Source: Botryllus schlosseri (Eukaryota). From it: a DNA stretch of 64,000 nucleotides. Made by a program: the position numbers and the translations under genes. The notes under the pieces were generated by a model. That model was not told the DNA's origin, did no database searches, and saw nothing but the letters and a program-made list of their open reading frames with translations. Where the stretch lies: the NCBI GenBank assembly GCA_051294905.1, contig CM119372.1, positions 12,772,001-12,836,000 on the forward strand, in the 5' to 3' direction. Every line of letters begins with the position of its first letter. Position 1 is the first letter of the stretch. Positions 1-12,600 of the stretch are shown here, one piece after another.

Positions 1-194
1 ACATCAAGTTCAAGTTAAATCAAGTCATTTTAGGGGAGCATCATTTCAATTTCCTTTTAAAGATAGCGCGGACACGTGTCTAAAAGCCAAGAATTACTGC
101 GTATGCCAATTTTCAGTGTTTGCTTCGCAACAACAACCCCATAAAACATGGCCTGATCACGATCAGTACACACAGAGTAATCATTTTCTCATAC

Positions 195-651
195 TTTGAC
201 TTCTTTCTGTCTTCGTCCCTGTCTGGACTGTCCCGACGTCGCTTGTGCATACGGCGATAGGGCGAGACGTCCCTGGCAACAACAAGAAACATCAGAACTT
301 GGAAAGGAGTCATGCATAGCAAACAACAAACCTTCTCCTGTAACGCGAATAGCTTCCGTTTTCGTACGAAGGATTCTCCAATTTGTAAGCGCTCGGAACG
401 TTGGCGTCGTCGCGGCTGTACTTGCTGCGTCGCGAGTAACTGCCCCTGTCGAAATACGAAAACGCGTGACCGATCTTCTCAACTCACGACCCGGCACCGG
501 CACAAACCCAGATCCTAGTATTTTCCTGTGCGAGGATGGCACGTCCCTTTCGCGACTTCTGGATTTAGTCTGGCCCCTGTGGCGGGGTGAAGCGGTTCCG
601 GATCGTGACCTGCCCGGCGACCGCTCGACGGATTTGCTTGTTGCGCGGCGT
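195..651 (-). CDS. SFSWAP: SFSWAP RS-domain exons 508-651, 332-445, 195-272 (62- and 59-nt introns)
   Basis: [24 protein letters not shown]; [21 protein letters not shown]; [18 protein letters not shown]; two GTTTGT donors, cag acceptors; the final donor is uncertain. Confidence 0.7.
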
Positions 652-3600
652 CTGAACGAAAAATTACCATTCAATTATCACAGACACTTTTTCATCATTT
701 CCACATTGGTACGTGGGGCAGGTAATAAAAATGACAACGACTTTGGTGTTTCAAGAGTATCGAGAGCTTGTATTTTTCAGTATCCAAGACTTGCCGAATT
801 TACTTCAAATTTACGTAGGAGAGAGAGAGAGAGAGAGAGAGCTGAAATTAGTTTTCGCCTGCACTATCCAGATGCTTTGACGACGGGGATGCGATACGGC
901 CGTAAGGTACCCTAGTCTGCTCCATGCTATCCGTGGATGCTGAGCGCCTAGCAGGATAGCCACGGATACCAGTTTCCGAGTCTTTGGTCTGCCCCGGGTG
1001 GGAATCGAGCCACAACTTACCGATCAAGAAGCCGGACGCATCACCATTACACTATCTCGCTCGCTAGGAACTGAAGCTATGAAATGTAGTTTCAGAAAGT
1101 AGATTTGACGGATTGTCGCATAGTTTTGGCAGCTACTTTTGGATTCGCAAGATGCGTCTTCGCGACAAACATAAAACACTGATGCAAATCGATGCCGTTT
1201 TTGAAAATATATTCCGATAGCATGATACAAATGTTATTTTCTACTAATAGCAACGTTAAACAGTAGAATTCCGTCTAAACACCTGTCAAGTAGAGCGGAA
1301 GTGATCGAAAAACTAACACAGGATAGACTTGGGTAGCAACAAATATAGCGCTCAAGCTGAAAAAGGGGTATAAGGCCCTTGCCTTTTACTGTCTCCGCCT
1401 GGCGTGGTGGATCTCGAAGCTGCCACAATCAAATCTTTCAAAGTTCCGGCCGGCTTTGCCGACGACAGCGGCGGTGGAGACGGTTTTCGTTCAACCGACG
1501 GTGACCTCGGTTTCGGCGACTTTTCTTTTTTCAACACCTTTTCAACAGGCTCGATCATGATAACCTGCAGAAGAGAGAATGCAAAAAGGCTTCGCACGAG
1601 AGGATGTGCACTTTCTCTCGCCAGCCAAGACTTGGATACTGTCAGGACCGGCGCATTAGATTCGAGTATGTCTCCATGAGTGACGCACATGATAGGATGA
1701 TAATGGGCTAAACACCGTTTGATCTGGCCGATGCTGAATTACAAATCATCGCGGAAAAGGTGGAATAAGGTACAATTGTTTTGGCCCAGCATTGTATATG
1801 ATTATGCATAGAATTTTCCAGAAGTCTCATTCTAACCGCACCCACGCACATATCTTACAGAAATCGGTTCGATTTTTTCAGTGTCCGATTCTTCTTCTTC
1901 CGAACTGCCGAATATGTCTTCAGAAGCAGGGTTTTTTGTCTTCGATTCTGGCTCTTGCGGGACGGGTGGAGCAGCCTGAAGAACTCGCGAGATGAGAATA
2001 CAAAATAACAGTTTACACAACCTTTTCTAGTAGAGCAGTTTTGCTTCGATTTGAATTGGGAGTCTGCCCACGAATTCGTCCCATTAGACATTCTCCGTTT
2101 GGATGTCAACATGAAATTTCTAACAACTGTGTACCGTCGAGTAATGTCGAGCTTAAGAAAATGATAGCAAGCAGTCCAAGCATCAACGCTAACTATATTT
2201 GAGTATCATGGCAACACAACCCGTCCTGACAAGATTAAATCGAGATCTTGCATTGCTTCACCTATACATACATCCCAACAGCCTGACGGTAGAAACAAAG
2301 ACTGAAACCCTTGTAACAAGGGTGCTCATTACATTGATTGCTATTACTCCTTGGTAGATTTGGTAGACTCAAAGAAACAACGCCTTTTTCAAGTCAACAG
2401 ATACACGAGGTAGAAAAATTGTCGTCGGCAGACCTACATATCCGCAAGGTAGCTTGTGTGGTGATCAAGTGTGAGCACCCCTGCTTAACAGTAATCCAAA
2501 TCTCAAATTCTTACCTTCACATTCTCCAGAGCCAGCTGGGCGGCTTTCTGTCTCCTTTCCTGTTGTTTTTCACGAAATTCCGCAATCGACATGGTGTTGC
2601 CGTCCGGCGTGACGACGGTGAAGTTGGATATGGACGGTGTTGGGATCGGCGCCACAGCTGGTGGCGCGTCCGTGAATTTCCGTTTCGTCTGCTCCAAAAG
2701 TCTACGCTTGTCCTCCTCCGTCATCGAAATCGGCTGCCGAACTTCGGGCTCTTTTTCTGCGGCGAAACGTTGAAGGTATTTGCTTGGTCAATTTCCAACC
2801 ATCAATCTCTACTTATTTACAAAAAGTATCGATTTCCAAGCCAAGTCAGTAGTTTTTAAAAGATAGATGTGGTCACGGGGCAGCGTACTTTTAGCAATTA
2901 ATCGCAGGTTTCAAATTTGTCGCTAACACAAAATGACGAATGATAATAACACTATAAATAGGTGTAATTTTTGAAAATATCTATTCAGTCATGGTGATGC
3001 AGGTGCTATTTTGCTAATTTGTTTGGACCATTTCATTTCAAAATCTACTTCAGCACTTTGTGCTTGCGCAATCCGTAATTATGACATCACAATGACCGAC
3101 GGATTGAAAGATGAAATCTTCTTTCCCCATTACATATGAAACCCAACTAATGGAGATGGAACACAAGAAGAAGAAAAAGAAAACCGTGAAGATCGACGTA
3201 CAAGAGGAAGACAGCGAGAAGAAATCGTCGGAAATTGAACTGAAACACATTGAAAAACTTCTGGAGAGTAGGAATTATTCGGCTTACAGCAAAGGCAGAG
3301 AGGTATGTGCTACTGAGCAATAGTAAACATTGATATACCATACTGAACTTGACCATTATGTAACTGGGTGAACAAGTTGAACATACGCTGTCACTGATGA
3401 TATGGTTCAATTTCCGTGTACGGGAACCTTCTGTTGAATCACATATGGCATTGAAAAATAAAGCCGTGGAAAAAATTTGTGCCACACTACTTCGATGTCA
3501 TATCACATGCAACCAGATATGATAGGATGACTATTGGCCCCTTGACCTGCGAAGTTTGAGTACGGACAGGCACTTTTAAGACCTTGGACAACACAATCAC

Positions 3601-6600
3601 GATAACAAAACTTTATGAATAGACCGGTGGGTATCGTGGTTCGAAAATTGACAGTACAGATCTTTTTGGTGAGAAGTAGAATTTTAACCAAAATTTTTAA
3701 TATAGAACGGAGCGCATTCATCACTCTCCATATTGTCGTTGATATCAAACCCAAGTGCAATTTCAGTACCGATCAATAACGCCGTAGCCTACTGATCAAG
3801 GAGCTGTGTAACAGCAATAGATCCATTTCACTTAGGACCCAAGAGAACGATACGAGACTCCCAAAAGTGAGAGAGAATGGTGGAGAGTAACACTGAGAGA
3901 GACGCCGATACCGGGAACATACCGGAACAAAGATTTCCTCCAAGATGCCGCGACGAATCCGATCAAGGCTACGTACAATTTCGAAGGCAAGTGCCATCTG
4001 GGTGTTAGCAAGTTTCAAGCCGTTCAAGCTAATTGGCAAACACTGGCATATAAAGCAGATATGCTTGGATTAAAATGCAACAAATAGTGTATAGTATAGT
4101 ATAGTAGTATAGTATACAATAGTATATTGCATTTGTTTGCCAGTCGAAAATGAGAAGTTCCAATCTTTGGAACTGTTACGGAATACAACTGACTGCGTAC
4201 ATTCGACGAAACGCAGGGCAAGGCAGGCGTAGACAGAACAGGGTAGCGGGAGACGGCATTCATTTATTGCCGGGTGCGTATCGACACAAGAACTTCGCAG
4301 ACCTTTTGGCAAAGAAGAAAGTCAACAGCTCCTTCAAAAGTTCGGGAAGAGCGCGATCGCCGTGCGGATATCAAGCGAGTCCAATACATCAACGAGATTG
4401 AAAGACGCAAAATTTATCGCCTGTTACACATTTAGGATAAGGAATTGAACATTCCGCCGTGGCATTACAACGTCGTAGACAACCGCCCGTCGACAACGAT
4501 GTCTAGATTGAGCTCCTTCAAGAGTCAATCGTTGCGATTCACGAGCCACCATTTTCAACCCCGCGAGGGACCTTCGCCTGGCGAATACAATCCCTCAGTG
4601 CCATCGTACAGGTGAGAAATACTCGTCGTCGCGTCTGAGCATTTATGTCGCATCTTGCAACAATCCATTATTGGTTCGCTGCTGCTAACGATTTGATTAA
4701 CAATCCCACATTATAGAAATGATTGCTGGATTACAGGCAAGGAGTCTGAGTCGTGACGTTTTTAGTCACATAGAATTGTGATTGACACGGAGCAAAAACC
4801 AAGGGCAATAACATATTCTTGTTAGTGTCCTTTTTTGGTAAGATAAGAAAAAAGGTCATTACTTTGATCCAGTCCTAATCAAGGCCTCCGTGCCATAAAA
4901 AGACATCACCCCTCAAAATAATGTCAATTCTTAGAAATAAGGATGGTATGACAACCTTACATAGAGGAGTCGCAGTTTTTCACATAGTTGGAGTCAAGAG
5001 TCAGAGTTCTAATTAGATTGGAATTTGAAGATTTGAAAACATTTTCAAAGGGGTCCCATCAAAACGGCTGCAACATTTTGACGTATGAATTTCAGTAGTC
5101 GGCAATCAAAACAAGCCATGTCCTACTTTACAAATAGATAACATCTACACTCCATGGCAACGTGCATGCGATTCGCTCCGCGGCGAACCAAACGCAATAT
5201 TCAGCAACTGGTCCCGGGTCCCGGTCAAAGAAAAAACCGTGCCCGCGCTTTTTTTTCGCAGGTACAAAATGTCATCATGCTTCTGCTCCGCGACGCCGCG
5301 ATTTGCAAAAATAAAGAACAAAGACCCCGGCCCTGGGACGTACGAGCCCACGAGGTTTTCCTACCCGCAAAAGCCCACCCTGCGGAGAATGGCCAAAATG
5401 CACGGGCTGTTTTTCAGCCAAACGTTTCAAGTGTGACGACCGACGAAAGCACGAGAATAACACTAACTTGGTTTCACGCCCTCCACGACTGTGATTTCCA
5501 CAAATTTCCTTTTCGATTTATCTTTCGGTTTGGAAGAGTTCGCTGAAATAAAACGAACCGATAAAACTTTCTGGTCGCGTGATACGTTATCTTATTATTA
5601 AGATAATATTGATTGTTATCATCTTTACTTATGTGTTGGTAAATACACAAAGACCCGACTCATCGAGCAGCAGTCACACCAATTTCCAGTAAATATTTAC
5701 GATATTCCTTTTGTTTTAAGTGAAAATCAAGTTTTACTGGTTTGTGCCTTTAACTTCGTGCACCAGAATTCTATCTAGTGATGTATTAGATGCGTAAATG
5801 TGGTAGATTTCCGTTTATATGACTACGTGACTACCGAATGCTTGCAGATGAGCTTAAGGGCTAGCCAGGAGAGATAAGGTTACTATTAATAATATAATTA
5901 CCGTATCTTCTTATAAAGACAAGACAAGACGATACCTTTCGAGCCGTTTCCGGTGCTGTCTTGCTCATCGGAATTGGCGCTGGCGTCCGATTCTTTACCC
6001 TCACGATCTTCCTGGTCGCTTTCTTCCTCCAGCAGCTGAAGCCTTTTTGAAATCAGAGTGGTTTTCGGCACCGTTTCCTTTCCCTTTATCGAGAAGCTGA
6101 TCGGATTCGACTGCTTCTGTTGCTCTTCGGCCGCGGCCTGCTCCTGATTACAAGCGCGCGGTTAAAGATCAGAGGTCACGGCAGCGGCGATCATTAACGA
6201 CGTACTTCTACTTTTCCAGAGTGTTCGAGTAGGTTTTGTCTACTACGTTTTGAGATTAATTCTACTCAACAGTTTCTGATTCAAAGTAGGCTACCTATAA
6301 TTTATGCTTCGACATTCGTGAAATCCCAAGTATTTTATTAGATTGGTGTGTTTCACTTCTGTGAGCGAAATGACGGTAAAAATCGGATAAAACGGCAATG
6401 TATTGTGGTCCCAAGTATATAGTTTCGAAAACCGCTCGATTTGCAGTGTCACCAGACATTTTATGTCGTTAAGATTGATATCGCAATTTCAAATTCAGCC
6501 AACCGCCCGATTTGCTACTAAAAGTATGCGACGTCCCGAACAAATCGAACTTTTTAAGACAACTAGTACCAGTTTCTATACACTTAATTACCTTCCTCTA

Positions 6601-9600
6601 CTCTAACTAGTTTTGACGTGTCTTGAATTTGGTCACCTTTACTTGTTATTTAGCAGAAATTCATGGCGGAACTTTTATTTCTACTCGTGTAGCTGTCGCG
6701 GTGGTCAAAGTATAGTTTTCCAAGTAGAAATGAGGATTTTGGGTGCGAAAAGGCGCGACCGTTCGCTCACCTTTGCTTGCTGCAGCATGCGGTTCCTTGC
6801 TTTTATCTGCTCTCTGATGAAAGTCTTTCGGAAAGTATAGTAAGGATGAAGCTCGTGGGAAGGTTCCAAGAACGCGAGCAGGGCGTCCTTGCGTTCCCGC
6901 ATGCTTTGCTCAACACCGTCGCCTTCCTCAGCAATTTGTCTGCGACGGACATAGAATTGTCAGCGTCAGAGTAAAATACCACAAGAAAACGGCAATGTCA
7001 GGTCAGCAGTGAGATCGTGTCGGCAAACTGCAGGCGTCGATAAAATCGCGACAGCTTACTTCATCAACTCTGCTATGCTTAGACAACAGGCAGATACCGG
7101 CGACAAGAACAACTTGTCTACAAATCATAGGCATTGGAAGACATTTTTGGAGGTACGGGACTCCAGTATACAATTGAATAATTCATTTGTATTGAAATAA
7201 ACCTGTATATTATCGGCTGACACTCATCAGGGGTAGTCGTCAGCAACTAGGAGATACTTCAAAGGTATATCAACAATGGTATCACCAAATACGATGTCAC
7301 CCGCATGAAAATTCAAGTAATCACGGCGAACAGCCATCTGCTACACTTATATATACTAAATCATCTGTAACAGAGACATTAAACCATGTTATGAAGGGAC
7401 AATGAATTAGGTGTCTGCAAACATAAGGGACAATAGGACATGCAACATTTGAGCATGTGGGATAAAGTTGAATTAGGTTTACGGTTTATTTTGCGGTATG
7501 GGTTGTGGTTAGGGTTAGTGGGGGGCTACGAAGTCACATGCTAAACTGTCGATTTTCATTGCGTCGCATGCTCAAATGACAGGCGGCCAAAGTATGACCT
7601 ACAGTTGTTTCAAATTTATAAAGGAAATCAATTCGATCCAATTAATACGACTGCACAAGTCTCTGTCGCTAACGCATAAAAGCCAAACCACTAACTTCGC
7701 AACGCTGTCCACCATGGGTTGAATGTCTGGCGGCGGTGGCACGATCACCATCGCCGCTTCCTGTGGCGTAATGCTGGGGGGCAGCGCGTCCTGATCCCGC
7801 AAAGTCAACGGGCTTGATGAGGCACTCGAGTTTCGACTTGCGCTCTCCATGAATGCCGGTAGCGGTGGCGGCTCCAACGAATTTTCTTTGTCTAAACGCA
7901 CAGATGCGGCAAATACCAGAGATGAGCGCATTAAACATTTTCAAATCCAAATCCAGAATTTATCTTGTATCACGCTTAAATCTAAGTACATACACGGTAA
8001 TGACTTTAAAGTCGCTCGAAAATCGTAAATTGTCAAAAATTCCATGTCCCAGTCCACGTCTAAATCTAGCTCCAGAGAAATCATGAACCTCAAACCGATC
8101 TTAATCAGGTTTTCTCTACCAAATCATCTCTGGTGAAAAACAAAACAGGAAGTCACCCACCTGATGCGTGATTCTGCGTGGCTACTTTCATCAAGTTGTA
8201 CTGACGGAGGGCGTTCGCTTTTTTTCCTTTCTCGATCAGTTTCGCGAGCGGGTGATTGGGGTCGACTTTTTGAATGGCCTGTCACAAAAAGCGGGATGAG
8301 ATATTAATTTATTTCGTCAACCGACAAGGTAAAAAAGTAATGTCCAAATTTGCGGCACAAAACAACGCTCGATTGGTATCGGCTCATTGACTGGTACCGC
8401 TAATATGATCACGATTTTTGGGTCAACCAGAACCAGAGTAATTTCTTGTTCAAACTTTAAGTTAAAAAGAGATATTAGATCGTCATAGAACTTGCTGAAA
8501 ATATATGTAACACAGTGTTTTGTAAGAAAAGAGAAGTAAATTTTAATAAAAGAAAAAATAATATCAACTCAAACTACATTAATATGAATAAAATGTCATA
8601 CAGTCGTTGAGCAGTAATGATAAATACGAGGACGGAGAATACAAACACATCAATTAATGCACGTATGTTAGGGTTGTTCAGAATAGACCGACTTTCAAAA
8701 AGTCCAGGTTTTCAGTCCGATTCCCATGCCTTATACCTTGAAAACATATTCTGGCTACTTTTTTCTGTAACTCGTCCCCTGCATCCGTGTGCACATTGAG
8801 CTGGAAGAATAGCAGCTGAAAATAGGGGATTCCCCTAAAATCTGAGTGTCACGATTTTACCTAGCCTAGTTAAAGTGACATATAACATGGATTTATGCAG
8901 CTGTTGCGGTTTGGAGTGCTACAAAACCCCACTATATAAGGCATTCCTAGTTCAGGATATCATTTCCATGTCCTACACTGCCTTAGAACTGCTCAAAACT
9001 ACCTAAACCTGATAGTCATTTTGTTGGATCACATATCCTACACCCCTCAAACCTACCCGGCACTGTTCATCAATTTCCTGGATCCCCATGTGCAAGAATA
9101 CAACTGTAAATGTAACATCCACTCACAGCCACATAATAAACATCACAGGAAACGAAAAAATAAGGCAAAGAAAGAGATCAGCTTGGCGAAATATTACATA
9201 AATCAGGTGGATGAAATGGTTGATTTCGAGAAATCTGCATATCTGTTCCGGTGATCTTCCACAGCTTGTAGGAGGCTCGCTCGCTGTTTTTTTGTCATCA
9301 GTTATGAACGCAGCATAGTCGGTATTCAATTTTACCATACGCTCTGCTGCATAATAAAGTGCTACAGGAAAAGCACAGGCTGATGCATCATTTGAACTGC
9401 TTGAACTTTGAAATTTAACAAAATCTGTTAGAGCTCTTCTGTTTGACACAACATCCTCAAACACTGGTAAAAACAAAGGTGCGGTTCCGTTACTTGAAGA
9501 ATTGATTAACAGGAAAGTTTTCTACAATGCCTGTAGCCATCATATTTATGAACTGGTCATTGGAGAGGTTTGGAAGTGTTTGTTTGGATCGACAATCACA

Positions 9601-12600
9601 GGCCCTGAAAACACGGATTTTAATACCTTCAAGAAGAAGTGGAAATATATTGATAAATCAAGAAGCTATAAAACGCTGAAGTTTATTGAAGGCAGCTGGT
9701 TGGCGATGAAAGCTGATGAAGCAAAGCAAGAAATAATTCCACTGATGAAACCCAATGATGGAAAGCAGAAAGAAGTCTTGATAAGAGATGACTACAGAGA
9801 ATGTGCAACAGGCACCTTGGCGATTTTGGATGACAAATATGTTGATCATCGTTTTCGCAAGCCTGGTGCTACTCATAGCGCTAGATGGATGAGTCAAGTC
9901 CTGTACTGTCAAAAAATGTTCATGTGGAGTGAGCAAATGGACTATTCTGAAGAGTTCATTGAAAAGTTGGAACGAATCAATACATTCATTGCTTTGTTTT
10001 ATATTCCAGCTTGGTTGAAAACTGGTATTGCATGTGACGCACCTTGGAATGATCTCAAATTCCTTCATGACATGAAAAACTTTTCATTATGCGATCTCAC
10101 TGTTGCTGATGTGTCATACAAGAAATTGCCAAAACATCATTGGTATCTAACTGAGGAAATGGTGGTATTTACCACGTCCTCGGCTAATCCAAAGACTCCT
10201 GACAAACTGAAGGAAGCGATGGCTGCTAAATTGCTGAAAATGCCAATCCCTGAAAAATTTCGCAGAGGTATGCCTCTCAGTCTGATCTCTGACTCTGTCT
10301 CTGAGTCAATGAGTATGGTCGATTTGATTGCGCCAGAATCGTGGTTTCTATTTGATGCTATACATGTGGAACATGATTGGTTGAGTCTTCCAGTTTCGGA
10401 ATGGCATACTGATCCGGATTTCGTGACTGCTCAAGAATTTGTGAATACCGTTGAAGCAGAGCGTATGGTAAAATTGAATACCGAAAATGCTGCGTTCATA
10501 ACGGATGACAAAAAACAGCGAGCGAGCCTCCTACAAGCTGTGGAAGATCACCGGAACAGATATGCAGATTTCTCGAAATCAACCATTTCATCCACCTGAT
10601 TTATGTAATATTTTGCCAAGTTGATCTCTTTCTTTGCCTTATTTTTTCGTTTCCTGTGATGTTTATCATGTGGCTGTGAGTGGATGTTACATCTACAGTT
10701 GTATTCTTGCACATGGGGATCCAGGAAATTGATGAACAGTGCCGGGTAGGTTTGAGGGGTGTAGGATATGTGATCCAACAAAATGACTATCAGGTTTAGG
10801 TAGTTTTGAGCAGTTCTAAGGCAGTGTGGGACATGGAAATGATATCCTGAACCAGGAATGCCTTATATAGTGGGGTTTTGTAGCACTCCAAACCGCAACA
10901 GCTGCATAAATCCATGTTATATGTCACTTTAACTAGGCTAGGTAAAATCGTGACACTCAGATTTTAGGGGAATCCCCTATTTTCAGCTGCTATTCTTCCA
11001 GCTCAATGTGCACACGGATGCAGGGGACGAGTTACAAAAAAAAGTAGCCAGAATATGTTTTTAAGGTATAAGGCATGGGAATCGGACTGAAAACCTGGAC
11101 TTTTTGCAAGTCGGTCAATTCTGAACAACCCTAACGTATGTATACAAGGAATAAATATGAAATAAGGACAGAGTGCAAGCATTGAACAGCATTAGTATTT
11201 ACTTGATAGAAAGTCCAACACGCACGACTAGCGTAGAAGACGTCGACTCACCTTGAATTTTTCCTTTTTCTCCTCTTCCTCCCGCCTGTTTCTCTGAGCA
11301 TTGGCAAACAAGCTCGGATGCAGGTAGCCGCCCTCGTCGTCGCTGTCGGATTCCTGAAAATCACAGAATGAGCGAGCGCGTCAGGGACATCTCGCAAAGA
11401 AGCTAACCTCGTCTTCTTCCTCTTCCGGCACGTCGGTTTTTAGCGCCGGGGTGTGCTTGCCTTCCTTGATTCTTTTCAGCTGTATAACAATCGGAATATG
11501 AGTGAGCATGAGCAATTGAGCATGCAAACCAAATGCGGAAGAACTCCTGTATTCTTCGAGTTCTCGAGTTGGTTTTGCCTACTGACCCTACTTACTACAG
11601 TTTTTGAGGCAAAACTACAGGCGTTTTACAAGTTGGCGTTCGTTAAGTAGACTAAATGGAATATGTTTGTATCACTATTATGGGAGAAAGTGTCATCATA
11701 ACTGCAGGGCGAAATAGCCCCTGTATCAATATATATATATCGGCTTTCAATTAAATAAAAGGGCAAAAAGGGCCACTTCCCTGTATCAAGGCAACCGAGT
11801 GCATCAATTTGTACAGTTTTCAAGTCATTTTGGGTCAGTCACAAAAATCAGCCACCCCCCATTATATGCTCCCCGACCAAAACAACCTTTTTCAACTAGC
11901 CACTTCTGGCGCCTCCATTTTCTACTTTACTTAAATTAGTTTTGACAAGTCTCGGAAACCGTTACTTCCGCATGTAATTGATTACAAATTTACAGTGTTA
12001 CTTTTACCAAAAGACTGCGCACAGTTTGCGACTGAATGTTTTGGGGAAGAAAGAAGACCCGGGTAAGGCTTAGATAAAATCGCGTTGCGTAAAAATATCA
12101 AGATAAAGTTGAACATCATATGCAATACAATATTCTAGAGCAGTGTTTCGCAACGTTTTCGACTCATCGCCCTCTTACAAATCTCGACAAAAATTTCTGC
12201 CCCCCATATTTACGGACTCGAAAAAGAGGACATCGGGAAATAGATTCACCTAACTCTGATCGCAGGTGAATTTACTAAAAAAAGGTCATTTTCCGAGGTG
12301 GTAGGTGCTCGGAAAACCAGTTTCCGCGTCTACTTCCCATTGAGTAGACCTTTTTTCGCGTCATATGCAGAATAAGCCGTCTTCACCTGCATTTTTTTAC
12401 CGTGTTAATTAAATATATCTCACAAGACGATCTAACATTTCCTATCGCTCCTCTGGTATTTTCGTACCCTCGTTTCTCAAAATCGCCCACTGGGGAGCGA
12501 TACCGCCCACGCTTGGAATGGGAACCACCGTTCTAGAGTCAACATCGTTGTGTCTATATTCGTCAAACGCCAACCGTTTACTCACCACGTGCTTGTAGTA

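Noticed and set aside
196-915. 239-aa plus-strand ORF
   Set aside because: Antisense shadow of the GC-rich SFSWAP RS exons, running into an (AG)n tract; no recognisable motifs.
5154-5261. LVPGPGQ motif in ORF 5154-5546 as an extra STPG4 repeat
   Set aside because: Lies in the intron in a different frame; the 4611>5262 junction already restores the collinear protein.
7470-7525. GGTTAGGGTTAG telomere-like words (also AACCCTAAC-like at about 37085-37200)
   Set aside because: Only one or two imperfect units embedded in short repeat-like elements; not an interstitial telomere array.
9021-10781. Two near-identical 77-aa ORFs (9021-9254 plus, 10548-10781 minus)
   Set aside because: They are the two arms of the transposon inverted repeat, antisense to the transposase end and 3' UTR; not genes.
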